Source of the DNA: the human T2T-CHM13v2.0 reference genome, Homo sapiens
DNA length: 64,000 nucleotides
NCBI RefSeq assembly: GCF_009914755.1
Contig: NC_060940.1
Direction: 5' to 3' (one strand)
Position numbers and translations under genes: made by a program. This document shows positions 56,585 through 64,000 of this stretch, in pieces. Every line of letters starts with the position of its first letter. Position 1 is the first letter of the stretch. The notes beneath the pieces are model-generated. The model was not told the origin of the DNA and searched no databases. It was given only the letters and a program-made list of their open reading frames with translations.

Positions 56585-57680
56585 GTAACTGACCAGCGCC
56601 TGGCCTTGCTGTCTGTTCCCAGGGTGTGGGGGACTCCGGATACCCACAGCCCCCTTGAGGGCCTGCCCCGAGGCGACCAGGAGCCTCTCAGGCAGCGGGA
56701 CTCTCCCTGGGGCCCCGCCTCCCACCCTGCACGCTGTGGGGCCACCAGGGCCCTGCCTCCTCCCCTGCATGCGCAGCCCAGGCCAGTGCTTGTCTTGGTG
56801 GGAGGAAGTGATCGGTCTTTGCAAGCTGTGCTGTCTGTCCTGTGTGTGAAAGAGGATACTTTCTGCATTTTACTAAAAGATTTCTTTCATTGAGCTCATG
56901 AGACAGAATTGGGAAAGTTAAAGATTTAGTCTTTAAGAACAGATATGTAAACAGCTTTCAGGATTGTCAGTTTAAATGGAGTTTTGTATACTCATAGTGA
57001 GCGTGTGAGGGAGCTCACTGTGTCTCAGCAGGGGAGCTCTTGTGGCTGGCCCTCATGTCTAACTCCCAGTTACAGAAGACGGTTTTGAGTGCTTTGCACA
57101 TATTGACGTGCCCGTTGGGCATCGTGTTGATTTCGCTTGCGGTGAAGCCCCTGGGTGGGCAGCTCTCCAGAAGGGTCTGGTGAAGAAACGGGCCACTTTG
57201 GAGCTTTCCACAGCAGCCCTAGCCTAGCAGAAGAGGTGAGTGAGCATACAGGCTCATGCTGGCAATCTGGGACGGCTTCCTGAAGAACGGGACCTGGCCT
57301 GTGGGGAGGGTTTGTAAAGGTGGCAGAAAGGTGAGTTATCCTGATGGTTCTAGCATGTTTAGAGGTATCTGTGAAACTGCTTACCTGTCTTGAGCCTGCC
57401 CTGTCCCTGCCCCAGGGGGCTTCTGCCGAGGCACATCCTTGCTGGCGGGCGCTCACTGCCCACAGCCTTATTGAGGCTTCTGTCCTGCCTCTAGTTCCAT
57501 TTCCAGGGCACTTAACTCTTCTTATGTTCTGTGAAATGCTGTGAAGCACAGGGCCCCCAGCCAGTGCCCATTCCGGTGGAGAGGATGGGGGTGGGGCCCG
57601 GCACTGATGGCCATTCTGGAGCATCGGGGGTCTTGGCAGCACTGGTGAGAAAGCAGAAGTGCTCTTTGAAGAGGGTCTTC

Positions 57681-58720
57681 CCGGGAGACCCGAGGCCGCC
57701 CAGAGCCCTCCCGGGAGACCCGAGGCCGCCCAGGGCCCTCCCCGGGAGACCCGAGGCCGCCCAGGGCCCTCCCCGGGAGACCCGAGGCCGCCCAGGGCCC
57801 TCCCCGGGAGACCCGAGGCCGCCCAGGGCCCTCCCCGGGAGACCCGAGGCCGCCCAGGGCCCTCCCCGGGAGACCCGAGGCCGCCCAGGGCCCTCCCCGG
57901 GAGACCCGAGGCCGCCCAGGGCCCTCCCCGGGAGACCCGAGGCCGCCCAGGGCCCTCCCCGGGAGACCCGAGGCCGCCCAGGGCCCTCCCCGGGAGACCC
58001 GAGGCCGCCCAGGGCCCTCCCCGGGAGACCCGAGGCCGCCCAGGGCCCTCCCCGGGAGACCCGAGGCCGCCCAGGGCCCTCCCCGGGAGACCCGAGGCCG
58101 CCCAGGGCCCTCCCCGGGAGACCCGAGGCCGCCCAGGGCCCTCCCCGGGAGACCCGAGGCCGCCCAGGGCCCTCCCCGGGAGACCCGAGGCCGCCCAGGG
58201 CCCTCCCCGGGAGACCCGAGGCCGCCCAGGGCCCTCCCCGGGAGACCCGAGGCCGCCCAGGGCCCTCCCCGGGAGACCCGAGGCCGCCCAGGGCCCTCCC
58301 CGGGAGACCCGAGGCCGCCCAGGGCCCTCCCCGGGAGACCCGAGGCCGCCCAGGGCCCTCCCCGGGAGACCCGAGGCCGCCCAGGGCCCTCCCCGGGAGA
58401 CCCGAGGCCGCCCAGGGCCCTCCCCGGGAGACCCGAGGCCGCCCAGGGCCCTCCCCGGGAGACCCGAGGCCGCCCAGGGCCCTCCCCGGGAGACCCGAGG
58501 CCGCCCAGGGCCCTCCCCGGGAGACCCGAGGCCGCCCAGGGCCCTCCCCGGGAGACCCGAGGCCGCCCAGGGCCCTCCCCGGGAGACCCGAGGCCGCCCA
58601 GGGCCCTCCCCGGGAGACCCGAGGCCGCCCAGGGCCCTCCCCGGGAGACCCGAGGCCGCCCAGGGCCCTCCCCGGGAGACCCGAGGCCGCCCAGGGCCCT
58701 TCCCGGGAGACCCGAGGCCG
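57681..58720. repeat. 31-bp CpG-rich minisatellite, about 33-34 copies, unit CCCGGGAGACCCGAGGCCGCCCAGGGCCCTC
   Basis: Near-perfect 31-bp periodicity. The unit is 26/31 G+C with 3 CpG. Confidence 0.99.
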
Positions 58721-59142
58721 TCCAGAATCTTGGATTCCAAAGATCCGCTAACCTCTGTTTTAGGGGAAATCAGTTTCTGCCTGCGTGTGTGTTCAGCTAG
58801 GGGTTCAAGGCCCGGCGACGATGGCTCAGCCTGCTTGGGGAGGGGCCATTTGTTCTTCCCACGCAGAGACTTGCCCTCCCACTCACCGATAAGTTGAGTG
58901 CAAGCATGTCGTCTCCGTACATGAAAGTAAGCCTGAAGACTCAGGTCTCGTCTCTCATTTTCTGAAGATTTTTGACATAGAACTGATTTTTTCCCACATT
59001 GAGAACTAGCTCCAAGATGGCCATGGTCGCCTCTGCTGGGCTTTGTGGGGGCAGAGAAGGGACTAGGATGTAGCTAAGTACAACTAGCAAGTCCTGTGGA
59101 GCCTCACGTCCAGGTTCTGCTACCCCTTTTCCTAAGACTCTA

Positions 59143-60901
<1,759 letters not shown>

Positions 60902-60958
60902 TTAATACTACAAAGAATGGGCTGAGTGTGGGCTGAAATCGCAGTGCTTTGGGAGGCT

Positions 60959-62886
60959 GAGGTGGGAGGATCACATGAGCCGGGGAGGTCGAGGCTGCAG
61001 AGGTGGGAGGATCACATGAGCCTGGGAGGTCGAGGCTGCAGAGGTGGCAGGATCACATGATCCTGGGAGGTCGAGGCTGCAGAGGTGGGAGGATCACATG
61101 AGCCGGGGAGGTCGAGGCTGCAGAGGTGGGAGGATCACATGAGCCGGGGAGGTCGAGGCTGCAGAGGTGGGAGGATCACATGAGCCTGGGAGGTCGAGGC
61201 TGCAGAGGTGGCAGGATCACATGATCCTGGGAGGTCGAGGCTGCAGAGGTGGGAGGATCACATGAGCCGGGGAGGTCGAGGCTGCAGAGGTGGGAGGATC
61301 ACATGAGCCGGGGAGGTCGAGGCTGCAGAGGTGGGAGGATCACATGAGCCTGGGAGGTCGAGGCTGCTGAGGTGGGAGGATCACATGAGCCGGGGAGGTC
61401 GAGGCTGCAGAGGTGGGAGGATCACATGAGCCGGGGAGGTCGAGGCTGCAGAGGTGGGAGGATCACATGAGCCGGGGAGGTCGAGGCTGCAGAGGTGGGA
61501 GGATCACATGAGCCGGGGAGGTCGAGGCTGCAGAGGTGGGAGGATCACATGAGCCGGGGAGGTCGAGGCTGCAGAGGTGGGAGGATCACATGAGCCGGGG
61601 AGGTCGAGGCTGCTGAGGTGGGAGGATCACATGAGCCGGGGAGGTCGAGGCTGCAGAGGTGGGAGGATCACATGAGCCGGGGAGGTCGAGGCTGCAGAGG
61701 TGGGAGGATCACATGAGCCGGGGAGGTCGAGGCTGCAGAGGTGGGAGGATCACATGAGCCTGGGAGGTCGAGGCTGCAGAGGTGGGAGGATCACATGAGC
61801 CGGGGAGGTCGAGGCTGCAGAGGTGGGAGGATCACATGAGCCGGGGAGGTCGAGGCTGCTGAGGTGGGAGGATCACATGAGCCTGGGAGGTCGAGGCTGC
61901 TGAGGTGGGAGGATCACATGAGCCGGGGAGGTCGAGGCTGCAGAGGTGGGAGGATCACATGAGCCTGGGAGGTCGAGGCTGCAGAGGTGGGAGGATCACA
62001 TGAGCCGGGGAGGTCGAGGCTGCTGAGGTGGGAGGATCACATGAGCCGGGGAGGTCGAGGCTGCTGAGGTGGGAGGATCACATGAGCCGGGGAGGTCGAG
62101 GCTGCTGAGGTGGGAGGATCACATGAGCCGGGGAGGTCGAGGCTGCAGAGGTGGGAGGATCACATGAGCCTGGGAGGTCGAGGCTGCTGAGGTGGGAGGA
62201 TCACATGAGCCGGGGAGGTCGAGGCTGCAGAGGTGGGAGGATCACATGAGCCGGGGAGGTCGAGGCTGCAGAGGTGGGAGGATCACATGAGCCTGGGAGG
62301 TCGAGGCTGCTGAGGTGGGAGGATCACATGAGCCGGGGAGGTCGAGGCTGCAGAGGTGGGAGGATCACATGATCCTGGGAGGTCGAGGCTGCAGAGGTGG
62401 GAGGATCACATGAGCCGGGGAGGTCGAGGCTGCAGAGGTGGGAGGATCACATGAGCCGGGGAGGTCGAGGCTGCAGAGGTGGGAGGATCACATGAGCCGG
62501 GGAGGTCGAGGCTGCAGAGGTGGGAGGATCACATGATCCTGGGAGGTCGAGGCTGCTGAGGTGGGAGGATCACATGAGCCGGGGAGGTCGAGGCTGCAGA
62601 GGTGGGAGGATCACATGAGCCGGGGAGGTCGAGGCTGCAGAGGTGGGAGGATCACATGAGCCGGGGAGGTCGAGGCTGCAGAGGTGGGAGGATCACATGA
62701 GCCAGGGAGGTCGAGGCTGCAGAGGTGGGAGGATCACATGAGCCGGGGAGGTCGAGGCTGCAGAGGTGGGAGGATCACATGAGCCTGGGAGGTCGAGGCT
62801 GCTGAGGTGGGAGGATCACATGAGCCGGGGAGGTCGAGGCTGCTGAGGTCGGAGGATCACATGAGCCGGGGAGGTCGAGGCTGCAG
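60959..62886. repeat. 41-bp Alu-derived minisatellite, about 47 copies, unit GAGGTGGGAGGATCACATGAGCCGGGGAGGTCGAGGCTGC(A/T), inside an old Alu right-monomer-type element
   Basis: 41-bp periodicity. It is preceded by gctttgggaggct and followed by the Alu 3' end (caccactgcacttcagcctggg...A-rich tail at about 62945-62990). Confidence 0.98.
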
Positions 62887-63572
62887 CGAGCTGTGGTTGC
62901 ACCACTGCACTTCAGCCTGGGCCACAGAGTCATACCTTGCCTCTAAGAAAAGATAATGCAAACAAACAAACAAAAAATTTAAAAAATCATTAGGGAAAGG
63001 AAAAGAATGTCACAGGCTATGGGAGTAATGAGGCACTGGTTGGGATGAGTAAAAAGAACTCTGCAGAGTGTAGGGACAGCAGGCACAGGAGCAGCCGCCA
63101 CCCAGGGCCGGGGCAGAGCCCCCCAGCTACAGTCACTGCCACCCAGGGCTGAGGTCTGCACCAGCTGCAAACGGCGTGGTGGGGACACCACCGTGCTGTC
63201 AGGGCTTGTGGGGAACCTGCCTCCTGGCTGCCAGGAAAGCTATTCTGTTGCAGGACACTTGGCAGAGGCACCCCTAGAGAACAGCTACCCGAATGGGGTC
63301 GGGGAAGCCCCTGGCTCTGGCTACAGTGGGCAGGATGCTCCCTGGAGTAGGTACTGGGGAGACTGCAGGTGTCGGAGGGCCCTGCAGAGAGTGGTCAGAA
63401 CCAGGAGGCAAACCTCTTCCTGCTGTGTTCACTCCTCGGCTCCCTCTGCTGATGACACGCAGCATTGTGGAGGAAGAGCCTGCTAAGGGCCCAGCTCTGT
63501 TTCTACAGGGCAAGTAAAAAGGATGGACTTAGAGCTGAGGGGCTCTACGTTAATACCTGGCACAGCAGCTGA

Positions 63573-63885
<313 letters not shown>

Positions 63886-64000
63886 CCTCCAGTAGACTTT
63901 TCTGCCTGACCCTGGAAAGAAAATCAGAGGTGTTTTTGAGACAGGTAAGCTGAAGAGAGACGTGGCTTTGTGAGTTCCAGGACCGTGATGGTTCCCAGGC

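Noticed and set aside
57070-58897. 400-556 aa Pro/Arg/Gly-rich ORFs on both strands
   Set aside because: A stop-free, 84% GC, 31-bp tandem unit explains them, and there is no other coding evidence.

Overview
Human (primate) genomic DNA from the GC- and Alu-rich 16p13.3 subtelomeric region, identified from memory by its translated exons. The window lies inside RAB11FIP3 (+ strand). It starts in intron 1 and contains coding exons 2-5 (94, 95, 212 and 150 bp, frame-consistent when joined). It also holds a 135-bp in-frame cassette exon and a probable internal alternative first exon encoding MPFLK. Intron 3 has a non-canonical GC-AG donor. The introns carry dozens of Alus, MER4-family and MLT1 LTRs, a MER1B transposon, L1/L2 relics and a Y3 RNA pseudogene. 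Six distinct minisatellites are present (39, 17, 22, 62, 31 and 41 bp units, about 8 kb in total), three of them apparently born inside transposable elements. Almost all long ORFs in the supplied track are Alu or VNTR artefacts. I see no solid evidence for a new protein-coding system. The best candidates for something undescribed are the VNTRs as copy-number-variable arrays of regulatory, splice or recombination motifs around the alternatively used exons. Repeat subfamily names and boundaries are by eye and approximate.
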